Source: Octopus bimaculoides (lineage: Eukaryota). From it: a stretch of DNA of 64,000 nucleotides. Shown one piece after another: positions 1 to 14,559 of the stretch. Every line of letters starts with the position of its first letter. Position 1 is the stretch's first letter. The stretch lies in contig NC_068989.1 in the NCBI RefSeq assembly GCF_001194135.2, positions 41,695,259-41,759,258 on the forward strand. Direction: 5' to 3'. The notes beneath the pieces were generated by a model. That model saw only the letters and a list, made by a program, of their open reading frames with translations, did no database searches and had not been told where the DNA came from. The position numbers and the translations under genes are program-made.

Positions 1-405
1 AATTACATTGACCCCAGTGCTTGACTGTGACACATTTTCCATCAAATCCTGAAAGAATGAATGGCAAAGTAGACTTTGGCAGGATTTGAACTCAGAATGT
101 AAGGATGGGCAAAATACCACTAAGCATTTTGTCTGGCACAGTAAGGATTCTGCCAGTTAGTCACCACTATATTAATAATGATAATAATGGTTTCAAATTT
201 TGCCCCAAGGGCAGCCATTTTAGGGGAGGAGATGAGTTGATTACATTGACCCCAGTACTCAATTGGTACTTAATTTATTGACCCCAAAAGGATGAAAGGT
301 AAAGTTGATCTCAGCAGAATTTGAACTCAGAACGTAAAGATGGACAAAATACTGTTAAGCATCTGGCACAGCATGCTAACGATTCTACCAGCTCCCTGCC
401 TTAAT
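1..405 (-). mobile_element. Two tandem copies of tRNA-derived SINE family A
   Basis: Core TACATTGACCCCAGT..GGTACTT..AAGGATGAAAGG.AAAGT.GACCTC.G.GGAATTTGAACTCAG repeated, flanked by (AAT)n. Confidence 0.85.
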
Positions 406-478
406 AATGATAATAAACTAAGGATAATATTAAACTGCAAAGTCTACTAAAATTCTTCATAAATTTGGCCAATTCAAA

Positions 479-900
479 GGAATAACTATGGAATTATACA
501 AATGTGCAAAAATCACTATGGGAAGCAAATAAACAAGAGCTCAGAATGTTAAATGTGAGACATATGAAAACCAGGAAATTAGACCCTAACTACTCAGGAG
601 TGAATAAATCTATTAAAATGAAAGAGAAAATTGAAAAAGAGGAGTAGGGAAGTGTCAGACTAATACTAGAAATAGAACTGTAGGCATAAAATGCACTAGC
701 CTTTTCAGTTATAAACTACAGCTCAACATATTTTACTGAAGTTAAGTGAAGTTAAAAGCCTAGGCAGATAAAAAAAAAAAGGGGTAAAAAACGATAGCAT
801 TTCTAAGTCATTATCACAAAGCTGATAGAGATAGAATATATCTACTCTGCACATAAAAGCAATGTCTGATACAAATAGTGAACTACTTACTGCAAAATAA
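479..900 (+). mobile_element. Decayed R4/Dong-like non-LTR retrotransposon, RT C-terminal fragment
   Basis: Frame-broken peptides ELYKCAKITM, MKEKIEKEE, VRLILEIEL, NALAFSVINYS and HKADRDRIYL resemble the GLDKCA...KMKEKI..EY..RVRLIL..ELN...INALAIPVI.YS...HPKAD.DRLYL pattern of this clade. Confidence 0.7.
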
Positions 901-967
901 CAACAGTGTGACTAGAAAAACACTTTGAAGCAAGAAAGGGGGAACTGTTAAGTGTAATAAAGAAGCA

Positions 968-1000
<33 letters not shown>

Positions 1001-1389
1001 CATATATTTATATATATAAGGAAATGACAAATGAAATAACAGATTTAAATAAGGACAAGACAACAGAAAAGTTTGAAAATACAAATGACAAAATCAAAAT
1101 AAAACTTCAAAACATGCAGAAGAAGAAATGAAAGAAGAACCATCTCAAGGAAAATAATGCATGAGGTTGAACAGAGAGGAAGTAAACCAGAGCGACTGCA
1201 AATAATGGCTCAAATGTGTGGGCTAAAGGTAGAAACAGATCTGATTCTAATTGTATAAGCCCAATACCAAAAATAACTACAAGAATAAAATAGTGGAAGA
1301 TGATGCCAACATCAAGTAAAGACTATATGACTAGTACAATACAAAGGTTGACTAAGTCACTTCTGGATGCTGAGTCCTTGTCAAGTCAG

Positions 1390-2930
1390 AGTATATTCAC
1401 AGACAAGTGCTATGTCCACTGGAAAATATATTAACACTTTGATGTGAAAATGGACAAGAAGTGTAAACATGTACTAAACATAGTAGTCTACAACCACCCA
1501 GAACATGCCTGACTGAAAAAGTCCCGATATGAGAACCAAATACAGGAAGGAAGTGTCTCCTCCTCCAATACAACTTCTCACTCCAAATGGAACTTAATTT
1601 ATAAAGGCTTGGCTGCAGAGGAAAATGTCTGTCCTTGCTCACTTCAGTCATGTTTTAGCACACAATCTCTTTTTTGCTGTAGCAGCCAAGCAGAGGAAAG
1701 TTTCCCTTTCTGGCCAAAACGATGGCTGTTGGTCAATTTTTACACTGGACTCAGCTGACAGCTGGATCCATTCTATATGCAACAATAGCTGTTCAACAAA
1801 ACAGACAATAAATGAAAGTATGCAGAACGGCTTCACTGCCATACGCACATCTCACATACAACTGGTTGATACCACTTTGATACATGCAGAGTTTACCAGT
1901 GGTAACCATTTGTTTTGTTTAACCAGAATTAGTGAGACCAGCTGAAGGGATGAAAGACAGGCAATACACATCAGAGCAAAAAACCTAATGAGTAATGTCT
2001 GTTCAAGCAAAAGTCCTTCAGAATATGACAACGATGATGATTTTGGCAATGGTGGTGGTGATGATTTCCTTAGTACTGTCACAAGGAAGATTTCTTACAA
2101 GTTTGGAAGTTTACACAGAAATCAAATAAATGAAACAAAAAAGAGTAATGCTGTCATCATCATCATTGTCATTTAGCATCTGTTTTCCATGCTGGCATGG
2201 GTTAGACGGTTTGACTGAGAATGGTAAGCTGGAGAGCTGTATCAAGCTTCAGTCTGATTTGGCTTGGTTTCTAAGGTTAGATGTTCTTCCTAATACCAAC
2301 CACTCCAAGAATGTAGTGGATATCTGTCATATGTCACCAGTATATAAATATGGGATAAAGTTCTCACAGAGAAGTGCCACTTATGCCTAATCAAAGAACT
2401 ATACAAAGCCAGGATTATCCTGACTATGAAGAGTAAGTACTTATTCTTAATAGTATTACCTGGCTTGCAGGTGCATGCTACAAGTAACCCCATTCACTTA
2501 AAACTAGGGTTGCCACTGTCTCCCACCGTTCAACAAATCCACTCTGAGATAGTACCACTCTCTAAGTAGCACTTGGAAATGTTAATGAGGTCTTGACTCA
2601 AGGGGAAGCCTATGTCCTCAGTCTTTTACAACCCTTTTTACCTTAGTGAACCTCTTTTGTCATAGTCACCAGACATAAGAACACAACCAGCCCTTCCTTG
2701 GCTTGAAAAACAAAAAAGTAGTGGAGCATTCATCACAATGGACAGAAAATAACATCACATTCATAATGAATTAATTCAGTGTGTTGGTTATTGGTAAACT
2801 TGAGCAATCTTTAAGTAAACAGTTAGTAGGTGGAAAAAAGGAAATGGTAACCATTTTTGTTTAACCAGAAATAGTGTGACAAGCTGAAGGGATGAAAGAA
2901 GCAAATCACATCAGAGCAAAAAACCTAAAA
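1390..2930 (-). mobile_element. Decayed L1/Tx1-like LINE ORF2 3' region, interrupted by a SINE at ~2155-2340
   Basis: Zinc-knuckle remnant C..RCAYGSEAVLHTFIYC followed by EQLLLHIEWIQLSAESSVKI and FLCLAATAK, spread across frameshifts. Confidence 0.65.
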
Positions 2931-3137
2931 GCAATGAAAGAGAAAGGAGGGAGGAAGGAAGACAGGGGAGTAAATAGGGAAAACATAAGGGTTAGAAAAA
3001 AGAATAAAATGAAGGTTTAGTTGAGTGACAAGGATGGCCAGGCAATTAGTAGGGGACAGTGTCAAGTTGCAGAACATCTCTAGTCACTGGTGATGGAGTT
3101 GTTGGGGTAGTGGTGGTGTGCTGACAATAGTGACATT

Positions 3138-3265
<128 letters not shown>

Positions 3266-3518
3266 GTAAAATAGAAGACCAGGGAAAGTAAAAAGCAGAG
3301 AATGTGAAAAGGAACCAGAGACTGATGAAAATGACAATAGTTAGTTCCCAGACATGAGTAAAAATCTATGCAATAAGTGGGGGTAGGAGAAAGAAGAGAA
3401 AAGAAATTAGGAAAGTGCAATAGAAATAGCAGTATGTGGTGGCTGTGGTGTACATGATTGGAAGTAAACCAAAGCAGACAGGTTGGCTAGTGTGCATTTC
3501 TACATCTGAGATATAACT

Positions 3519-3564
<46 letters not shown>

Positions 3565-3574
3565 NNNNNNNNNN

Positions 3575-3617
<43 letters not shown>

Positions 3618-5329
3618 AAGAATACATTCCATTGAAGAGGCAGCTATATAGCTGGGCCCTGGCATGGGTAGAAGTGGAAGCTAAGATAAGAGAAGGGATG
3701 CTCATGCAACTTTCAACAGAAAGGAAGAGATGGTGGTGGTAGTAGATGTCCTATAAAAGTGGGGCTAAGGGAAGCAGAACAGGAAGAATCTTAATAACCA
3801 TTGAACAGCAGGCTTTTTCTATCTACAAATATATACATACAGCTAACCTCCAGCTTCTAACAGCAGTCTCTAAACTCAACAGTAACAGTCATTAAACCCT
3901 TTCCTTCTTCCACAAAGCAAAACTCTTTTAAAACAATGGAATACCAAACAGTAGCTTCCTTTGATTCTCTCCCAACAAGCTTTCCCCACCCATCTCCTTC
4001 AACAGAGAGAAGAATTAACAGTGAATCCAGTGGAGCTTGGGTGGGTTGGGGGTGGGGGAGAGGGTAGAAACTTGATGAGGAGAACAGTTACACTATATAA
4101 GANNNNNNNNNNNNNNNNNNNNNNNNNNNNNNNNNNNNNNNNNNNNNNNNNNNNNNNNNNNNNNNNNNNNNNNNNNNNNNNNNNNNNNNNNNNNNNNNNN
4201 NNNNNNNNNNNNNNNNNNNNNNNNNNNNNNNNNNNNNNNNATATATATATATATATGATGTACAGAAGGAAGTAGATATCAGTAAGAGTAACAGAGTGTT
4301 TAAAACATCTGGAATGTTTCAGCTCCATATTAAATATATATATATATATATATATATTGCGTGTGTGTGTGCATGCTTGTTTATTGGCCTCTGTATTCTG
4401 TATAAGAGAATTTTTTTTGTTTTCTTTTACACTTTTTTAAAATCATTTTTGATGAAGTCGAATTGCAGTAAAAAGAAAACAAAAAAAAACAAACAAACAA
4501 AAGAAAAGCAAAAACAAAATAGAAAGTGTAAAGAGACAAATGAGGTGAAGCAGATAAACAAGAAGTAAATCTGCATTCAATAATGATGGGGGGGAAAAAA
4601 AAAATGTTTCTACAGAGAGTGTTCTATCTGATGAGAGGCTGGTACTTAATTATCTTTTTTATGATTGAACATGGGGGAAGAAAATATTAAATTAAAGAGA
4701 TCCAAAGCATAAATATGTGTATAAAACAAAAAAAAACAAAAAACAAAGAAAAAAACGTACATGATTAGCAAAAGTTATTTATTTATTGGTTTGCAGATAC
4801 AAAATTCGTCTATGGAAAAATCAGTGATTGGAAATACATAAGAGTGAGAGAGAGAGAGAGAGAGAGTTTGTGTATCTATTTTGTTTGTGGTGCATTGGAC
4901 ATATTGATAAATCAGGTTGATTATTTATTTATAAATTAAACTAGCAGACTGAAGAATTCTCAAGAGGAATAGAATTGTAATTTAGAGACCAATTGCAGTC
5001 AAAAGTAAATAAGACTCGACAGCATTTAATTAAGCTAACACACACACACACAAATTCAGAAGATCATCAGGTATATATAAACATGAATAAAAAGTATGGG
5101 CAATGACAATTTATATGTAGCTCACAATGATATGGTGATGGCGGCGGAAGTTTGTTTACAAGGAAAGTTATGCAAAATGATAAGCAGTTCAGAGCTAGAA
5201 TATCTTGTGATATTTATGAGGAAGAGATACATTAAATTGTTTAACAGTAAAATCATTAATACAGATGAAAAAATAATGTAATTCCTGGAAGGAAACAACA
5301 TACGTTAAATACAACATGTTTCATTAGCC

Positions 5330-6345
5330 TTAATAATAATTCCTTCCTTATTGGCTACAAGGGCTGCCACAATGACAATCCTTTGTACTACATAGACACA
5401 AGTCCTGAAATTTCCAGAAGTTGATTAAATTGCCCCCAGTGCTCACCTGGTACTTATTTTATTGACCCCATAAAAAGGATGAAAGGTAAAAACCAACCTC
5501 GCTGGAATTTGAACTCAGAATGTAAAAACAGATGAAAGGCCACTAAGCATTTTGCCCAGCATGCCAACAATTCGGTCAGCTCACCACCTTACTATAACAA
5601 CAATCCTTTCTAGGTACAAGGTCTGAAAGTTTTGAGGAAGGGACTAGTTGATTACATTGACCCCAGTGCTTCGATCAACTACAAAAGGATGAAAGACAGA
5701 GTAAATGTAGATAAAACCTGATCTCAGAACATAATGACAAAATGTTGCTAAGCATTTGTCAGGTATGCTAACGATTCTGCCAGCTAGCCACTGACCTTTC
5801 TACTCTAGGTGCACAAAGCCTGAAACTTGGGGGCAGGGGACAGTTGATTACATTGATCCCAGTACTCAATTGGAACTCATTTTATTGGCTCTGAAAGGAT
5901 GAAAGGCAAAGTTGACCTCGGTAGAATTTGAACTCAGAATGTAAAGACAGATGAAATACTGCTAAACACTTCACCTGGCATGCTAACAGTTCAGCCAGCT
6001 TGCCATCTTAATAATAATAATCCTGTCTACTATAGGAACAAGGCCTGAAATTTGGGGAGGGAGTTAGTTGATTACATCGATCCCAGTGCTCTACTGGTAC
6101 TTATTTCATTGACCCTGAAGGGATGAAAGGCAAAGTCGAATTTGGTGGAATCTGAACTCAGAACATAGAGACAGATGAAATGCTGCTAAGCATTTCACCA
6201 GGTATGCTAATAATTTTGCCAGCTCACCAGCTCAATGATGATAATATAATAATAATGGTTCCAAATGTTGGCCCAAGGCCAGCAACTGGGTAGGGGATTA
6301 GTGGAATATATCGACCTCAGTACTCAACTGGTACTATTTTATTCA
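5330..6345 (-). mobile_element. Head-to-tail cluster of at least four family A SINEs
   Basis: Core repeated near 5510, 5720, 5930 and 6150, plus a partial copy at ~6290-6340. All in the same orientation. Confidence 0.85.
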
Positions 6346-7290
6346 GTCCACTTTTCTGTGCTTGCATGACTCAGTCTTTGAGGCAGATCTTTTATGGTTC
6401 TTCCTATCACTGACTCTTACCTATTTCCAAGCAAGTTTATTTTTACCACATTGCCAGACATGTTGGAATCAAACAGCACCATTTCTGTGAATGATGCGTG
6501 TTTACAACTATTACACAACCTCAAACAGGGCAGTACATGCACACAGAAAGATACATACATACATACGTATAAAATATATATAATGAGCTTCTTCCAGTTT
6601 TTTCTACCAAATCTTCTTACAAAACTTTGTTTAGCCTGGGGCTATAGTAAAGATACTTGCTCAAGTGCCATGCAGAGGGAGTGAACTCAAAACCATGTGG
6701 TCACACACCTATGCTTATATACTGTAAGCGAACTGATGATTCCCTACATTGTTACTTGGGGTTTCAGAGATGCATACATGAAATATATGTTTGATCAGTC
6801 AATAGTACTGTGAATACTAGATGTCTCTTGTCCCAAATAAAGGATCACAAAGGACCTCATCCACCCCATAAAGTAAGGATGTTGAAAGCTTGCAAGCTAA
6901 CATTATCAGAGAAGATAAAACACTCACATTATATTAACTCTTTCCAAAACACTTAGAATATGTACAGGAAGTTCTTCAAACAATCCATCAACATATATAT
7001 ACTTGCAGATAAAACAAAGAACAAACATGAACTAAAACCACACTACACATGCCGACCTCTTGACAAACACCATCAAAACTTAAAAAGAAAAAAAAAAAAA
7101 AGAAAAGGGCATATCGCAACCAATGTTATGAATATAAAAGTGAAACTAGCTTCTAATTAAAAATATACTGTTTAGACAGCCTTGCTATGTGCCCTCTATA
7201 TATTACTCTTTAGGATCACAAGGCCAACTTCTACAACCCCAAATATAGGTTAATTAACCGGTCTGAAACTGAATTGAGAATCATTAGCAA

Positions 7291-7450
7291 GCAGGTGTGG
7301 CTGTGTGATAAGAAGCTAGCTTCCCAACCACATGGTTCCGGGTTCAGTCTCACTTGCATGGCACCTTGGGCAAGTGTCTTCTACTATAACCTCAGGCCAA
7401 CGAAAGCCTTGTGAGTGGATTTGGTAGATGGAAACTGAAAGAAGCCTGTC
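7291..7450 (+). mobile_element. CORE-like tRNA SINE family C, representative copy
   Basis: tRNA-like head followed by GGCACCTTGGGCAAGT and TGAGTGGATTTGGTAGA.GGAAACTGAAAGAAGCC. Related copies at ~24080, 31270, 55045 and 60600. Confidence 0.8.
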
Positions 7451-8742
7451 ACATATATATAAATATATATGTCTATATCTATATGTGTCTGTCTTTGTGC
7501 CTGTGTTTGTCCCCCTACCACTGCTTGACAACCAGTGTTGGTGTGTTTACATCTCCATAACTTAGCCGTTCAGCATAAAAGATCTATAGAGTAAGTACTT
7601 AGATTAAAAAAACAAGTACTGGGGTTGATTTGTTCAACTAAATTATTCAAGGTGTTGCTCAAGCATGGCTGCAGTCTAATGACTGAAACAAGTAAAAGAT
7701 AAAAAGATATTCTCTAGATTCACCAATGACATTGTGGACTTTCGTTCTTCCATATTTAAATCTTCTTTCCTGAAAGCCTGCTATTCCTGGAGGGAGTTCA
7801 TTTGAATTAATGACTCGAATATCCTTTCTACTAAAGGCACAAGGCCTGAAATTTTAGGAGCCGGGGACTAGACTATTATATCAACTCCAGTGTTTCACTG
7901 GTACTTAATTTATCGACCCACAAAGGATGAACAATAAAAATCAACCTCGGCGGAATGTAAACTCAGAACATAAAACAGACAAAATGTCAAGCATTTTTGG
8001 CCAGCACGCCAATTCTGCCAACTCAATGCCTTATTAATGATTTTAATACTGAAATCATATTGAATGCTCGAAAGATCCTGTTATATCATGAAGATTAATT
8101 AATTACTATTGGGCAAAAAAAAAAAAAAAAGAAGGGTGATTCTTTGTTTGATGTGTCCATGAAGAGCTGTGACTGATGTAGTGAATCTCATTGAATTGTT
8201 TATTTGATACACTTTCTATAACACCACTTGGACATTGGAGGTCAATTTAACTGACTTACTCCCTCCCCTGAACATACTGACCATGAGCCAAAATTTGAAA
8301 CTGATATATCTCACTACAATTACTATATAAATCATTATCATCATCATCATTTTAATGCCCACTTTTCCATGCTTGGATGGAATTTGTTGAGGCAGATTAA
8401 ATATAGTTGGATGCCCTTCCTGTCACTAACCCTCACCTATTTCGAAGTAAGGTTCTATTTCCCATGACCAGACATTGTTTCCACAGAAGATTGGAAACAA
8501 ACGGCACCACTTGCATGATGGTGACATTTGCAACTATCACATAATGTCAAGGAGACAATAACACCTTTCAGACCCACATAAATGACGGGCTTCTTTCAGT
8601 TTCCGTTCACCAAATCTTCACTCAAGGATTTGGTTGACCTAGGGCTATTGTAGGAGACATTTGCCCAAGATGCCATGCAATGGGACTGAACTATGTGACT
8701 GGCAAGCAAACATTTTACTACAGAGCCATGCTAAGCCAAACG

Positions 8743-8776
<34 letters not shown>

Positions 8777-9870
8777 ATATACACTCTTTTACTGGCTTAA
8801 TCACTGAATACATCCTTGCTTGAGCACACTGCATTCAAAGGGTTTAGTCAACTGTCTCGACCATAGTACCAATCCCTATTAAATCACTAAACTTGGTAAT
8901 TGATCGTAAATCAACGCAAATGTTTGTGAATGTCACAAGAGAAAAAGAAAAACAAGACATAATTACAAACCAATTATTAAGACTGAAATCCTACATGTCC
9001 CTTTGGGTGAGCAAATATTCTAGCATGTGTACCACTTGAATTTAGCTGTTATCCTTTCTTACCACACTGTGTCGCTTCTCTCATTATAGCTTGTGAGAAA
9101 ATTAATTTCTAACGAATTTAGTATTGCAAATAACAAACGTATGAATAAGTGAATATGAATAGTTGCATATGTTTGATGTGTGCGTGTGTGTGTGTGTGTG
9201 TGTAAATGAACAAAAAGCTAAAACAGCAATATAAGGTTATAGAATGAGACACACCTACACACCTCCTCTGTCCTAGTTTCTCTAGCTTTGACTTGATAGG
9301 CAAGAAATAAGTCTGAATACACAATGTTCATTATCACCACCACCACTACCATGAATGTACATGTCTCAAAAGAAAAAAAAAATCCCGCTTAAAGTCTTGC
9401 AAATTTCCTAGTATACACACTACATACATAGCATCATCACATGTCAACAACATGTGTGTGTGTGTGTGAGTGTATTTAAAACTGGCTGCTGATGGTGGTG
9501 CGATAGGCTGAGAAGCTGTTTAGTCAAGTTAAAAATAAAAAAAATCTTGACATAAGAGGTTTTGCCTCTCAAACTATATTTATATTTCAAAACACCTTGA
9601 GAATATGTTAAGTTTTCTGAACAGCACAACACAATACAGCAAATAACGCTCACAGAAACTAAATCTTCACATTTAATATATACAGCAGTAGTAGCATGTG
9701 GTCAATGTGTGTGTGCACGTTATATATTTATACATGTGCATACTCACAGATACACACTTACACAGACTTATACATACATGTATGTGTATTTCTTTACATG
9801 TTTCAGTCATGTGACTGTGGCCATATTGGAGTACTGCACACACACACACACACACACACATACATATATG

Positions 9871-10287
9871 CAGGGCCGGATTAAGACTCATCGAGACCCT
9901 AAGCACTTAAAAGATTTTGGTGCCCCCATTATGTAATTCAAAATATAAACAATAAGAAACCATAAAATAAATTTTCATTTTTCAAAACAAAACAGTGAGA
10001 TGGAAAATAATGTTTATTTTTGTATATCTCCACTGATTTATTTATATTTGAAAAGTTTCCTCCTACTTTTTTGAATTGCAAAGTCTTTGATCAGATCCTC
10101 AAAATTAATCTTAGGTAACACATCTGCATCTATACTTAGTAGAGATAAAGGCATCCTGAATATGATTTCAGCAAGTTTAAAGTGATTTCTTTTCTGCCGT
10201 AAACCATTTACCATTTCTGTGGTGCTCCTTCCATCCTTTGATGCTCTAAGCACGTGCTTATTTTGCTTAATGGTTAATCCAGTGCTG
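9871..10287 (-). mobile_element. Non-autonomous hAT element retaining the transposase C-terminal dimerisation remnant
   Basis: Termini CAGGGCCGGATTAA / TTAATCCAGTGCTG. 8-bp TSD catatatg/catacatg. Minus-strand peptide LSLLSIDADVLPKINFEDLIKDFAIQKSRRK. Confidence 0.85.
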
Positions 10288-10309
10288 CATACATGGGCAG
10301 AATTCCATG

Positions 10310-10349
<40 letters not shown>

Positions 10350-11639
10350 TTGATGTGCAGCACGCATTTATACACACTTATGCATGCACACCATATATAA
10401 TCAATATATACACATCGAACAAAATGTAACAGCAGTATACCTTCCTTCGATGTGTTCCATTTGTATCATGCTATATAAAATGCTTCTTCACAATTACTAT
10501 CAACAACAACATAACCAAAAGATCTTCCTTGAGATAAAAAAAATAATCACCTAATTTTTTGTACCAACCTCATATAAAAATTATATATATGTATGCTATA
10601 TTCTGTCTCAGCTAATTAATTAAGTAGTGTGATTAGATGAGCAAAAACAAAACACATGATCAAATAGGAGGAGGATAGACGCGTGAGAGTATGTGCATGC
10701 AGGAGATAGACATACACATATTTACAAGCGATATAACCCATGTGAGCTTCATGGTTTCCCGAAATACTAAGCCTTGTTAATGAGTCCGTTTCAAACAGGA
10801 AACCAAAATTTAGTCTCACATCTGGGTTAAAAAAAATTTTTTTTTTAAATAAAACAGGAACTGAAAGAAACCTCTGTGTGTGTGTGTGCGCACACACACA
10901 CACACCTCTCTTTGTCTTGACATTTCGTGATAGTTGTAAAATTGATACTCATACAAGCAGTGTCATTCATTTCTAATATTCTGCATGAACAAACCTGGCT
11001 ATAGGGAAATATTACTTCTCTCGAAAACAAGAGAGGGCAGACCCCAGAAAGAGTATCCAGTCTGTCTCAATAAACTCCATCTGACCCATGCAAGCATGGA
11101 AAAGTGGCTGTTTAAATTAAAATGGTTGTGATGATAAGTCAGGTGGGAAGAAAGGTTCATAATCCTTTTACAGGGCCTGCAAGATTGGAGTGAGGGAGGA
11201 AAGAAGGTGTTCTCAAGCCAAAGAACTTGCCCTGAAAACTTGTAACAGAATGAATTATCCTACAGTTAGATTAAGTCTACCACACAGTCAAGTATACCAA
11301 CTCAGCCCCCCCCCCCCNNNNNNNNNNNNNNNNNNNNNNNNNNNNNNNNNNNNNNNNNNNNNNNNNNNNNNNNNNNNNNNNNNNNNNNNNNNNNNNNNNN
11401 NNNNNNNNNNNNNNNNNNNNNNNNNNNNNNNNNNNNNNNNNNNNNNNNNNNNNNNNNNNNNNNNNNNNNNNNNNNNNNNNNNNNNNNNNNNNNNNNNNNN
11501 NNNNNNNNNNNNNNNNNNNNNNNNNNNNNNNNNNNNNNNNNNNNNNNNNNNNNNNNNNNNNNNNNNNNNNNNNNNNNNNNNNNNNNNNNNNNNNNNNNNN
11601 NNNNNNNNNNNNNNNNNNNNNNNNNNNNNNNNNNNNNNN

Positions 11640-11698
<59 letters not shown>

Positions 11699-11984
11699 CA
11701 CATACAATATATATGCATATATACATACACACAAGTGACCACATAAATGGAAAACAAGGTGGTAAAAATAGTACATTAATACTAAAGATAGAGTAATGTG
11801 AGTTTTATTAAAGCCAAAATCATTTTCACAAACTATCACTTGGAGTTTCATGCTACTATTCGCCAGACGGTTATTGGCTATGAGTACGATCACAAGTGTC
11901 CGACAAATAGTAACATGAAACTCTAAGTAACAATTTGTGAAGATTTTTCGGGCTTTAATAAAAAGAATATATAAATAATTTTTA

Positions 11985-13080
11985 TGTCCACTTTTTCATG
12001 TTTGCATGGACTGAATGGGTCATCTCCAACAGAGTATCCCATCATTTGTTATGTACCTTTGTCATTTGAGAGGTTTAACATTTTCAGATAAGCTTTCACC
12101 ACTTTTGCCCATATCATACTTGTACATTTTTCTTCCAGTTTCCTTCCTCACTTCAATCTCCTGGCACTTCGTTAACCACACATCACATCATCCGTATGCA
12201 TCACGTGTCCGTACCAACAGTCATTTTTCATGCACACTACAACTGTTTCCTCTTGTGCCTAGTTTATCTCTCAGTTTATTTGTTCTAAGTTACTCTCCTA
12301 CACTAACATTACACATCTCTCTACTTTTAGTGCTCATGTTTGACTATCATGTTTGTACACAAGCAACATGTATTCTAATTTTCCCTTCGAAGAGAGAACT
12401 CCCTAGTTGCCAATACAAGTGAAAAGCTCCTCAAACTTTTTCCAGTCTGTTCTTATTCTGATATCTATGTTTCTGTAGTACCTTTCTCCACAGCTGATTA
12501 TGTGGTTTAGAAATCAGAAACTATTAACTATGTAACCATTTCCATAGAATCTTCCAAGCATTGAAAAAGAAGCTATGACCCTAGTACACCTCTTGTTTAC
12601 CTATAATGGTTACTGTGTGCACCATATAGAGTTCCTATCTGTTCTTTTTCTGCATTTCAGATATGGCTATAACCCTAACCCTAACCCAGAGGCCTCTTAA
12701 GACAAGCTTTGGCCTCCAAGTCTGGAATATTTTTTGCAGTCTTCCAAAGACTCTGCAATGATGACTAGATAATAAACAATCAGTATATAGAAATTTTCCA
12801 TGGACAGCTGGTTGAAATTTAAAGAACTGTAATAAATAGGAGGGCATTGAGAACCCAATCTTGAGGAATAAATAACTAACTGCATGCTAAATTTCCCACA
12901 AATCTCTTTGCCAATTCTCAGCTACTCCCATAGTTTTCTTCAAGGCCATAAGACAACAGGTCCTTGTTAAAGGCCTTTTCCAGATCAACAAAGACTAGGT
13001 AAAGAATCAGTAACTACTCCAGCTTGGCAAAAACCTGAACTGCATCTCATCTAAGCTGATTCTCTTCATAATCAGTGGTG
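11985..13080 (-). mobile_element. Decayed RTE-clade LINE (RT core to 3' end)
   Basis: Remnants of LLFITVL, CPW..LY.D.LVIIAESLE and YG.VMRM.DDVWLTKCQEIEV. 3' end GTCCAC/CATG resembles the tail of SINE family B. Confidence 0.75.
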
Positions 13081-13106
13081 CTAATACTTTCCATTTTGCC
13101 ATATCT

Positions 13107-13157
<51 letters not shown>

Positions 13158-14480
13158 TCATTAGTTTCTCGTTATCTTAATGACTGGGACAGCTTAATTA
13201 ATCCTTCCAGTTGAATAAACCATAAGATGAAACTTGAAACCCCAGCCAAAACGAATTTTTTTGTGTATGTACACCACCACACACACATGCATACCCAATT
13301 ATAAACATACATATACATTCATGCATGCATGTATGTATGTATGTATGTGTGCACACAGATAATCAAACGCACACGCATATGTTTGTGAGTGAGTAAATAA
13401 TCTATCTACACACACACACGTATCTATGCTTTACATATTTATTTATACGTGTATAATGTGTGTGTGTGTGTGAAAGGGTGTGCTGTGAGCCGCATTCCTT
13501 GTCCTGTGTTGTCAATGCTCTATGAATTGCAGGCAGGATAGTAAATATACTGTCCGTGTCATCACATTTCATATCTGTTACATATTTAACATCAAGACTG
13601 TGTTCTGCATCTGCTGTTCATTGTTTGCATTGTGCGTGTTGTGTCTACATACAGTTTGTCACGTGTATTGGCTGAGGTTATGCGTCCGTTGACTGTAACT
13701 TACACAACACAATACTGTGTGGATGTTGTCTGTATATGTTGTCTGTTACTTGTGCTGTGATGTGTGTGTAAATGAGCTACCCGGGTCGTATACTGTAACC
13801 ATATTGAGAGAATATAGTGAACTGTTCCGTTATATACACTTAGTGTTGACTGCCAGTTAAAAAAAAGTACTCAATAACAGAATAGAGATTGATAGTATAT
13901 TCTATTTGGGTCTTTTGCTGCCCTGATTTTTGCTTGTGTGAGCACAAGTCTTCAAAAGAAATTATGTTATAATTTGCCCAAGACCCTGTGCACCCACAAA
14001 CAAAACTCATAGTAGAAAGAGACTGACTCGACCAACATACTGATAATGTATATATGTAATGTGTGTTTGTGTGTCGTAATGTAAGAGTTGTACAATATAT
14101 TGAAAATATATTTTACGTTGTTCAAACTTTGTCTGATGTAGGACACAATACGCAGAGTAGGGTGGGTAGATTATGTTTATTTTATCAAATCAGAAGCTGG
14201 CTGTCGTCGACTCAGAGTTTCGCCCTGGGCTGAGTTGTTTACGACCAAGACGAAACCCTAATTAGACTGTCAACTTTCGCTACACACACACACACACATA
14301 TATATATATGCACACACACGTATGTATGTATGTATGTATGTATGTATGTATGATGTGCCCTTTGTTGTTCCTTGTTACAAGTCTGTATGTTTGCAAGTCA
14401 ACAAGTTTAAGATGATCGAAACATCACTTAATAATAATAATAACAACAACAACAATAATAATAATAATAACAATAATAAC

Positions 14481-14541
<61 letters not shown>

Positions 14542-14559
14542 GCAACAACAGATACTCAC

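Noticed and set aside
5330-6345. Regularly recurring repeat that could be mistaken for a CRISPR array
   Set aside because: Units are ~200-bp diverged SINE copies, there are no unique spacers or cas genes, and the context is eukaryotic.
12667-12687. (TAACCC)3 telomere-like repeat
   Set aside because: Only three units embedded in a LINE remnant.
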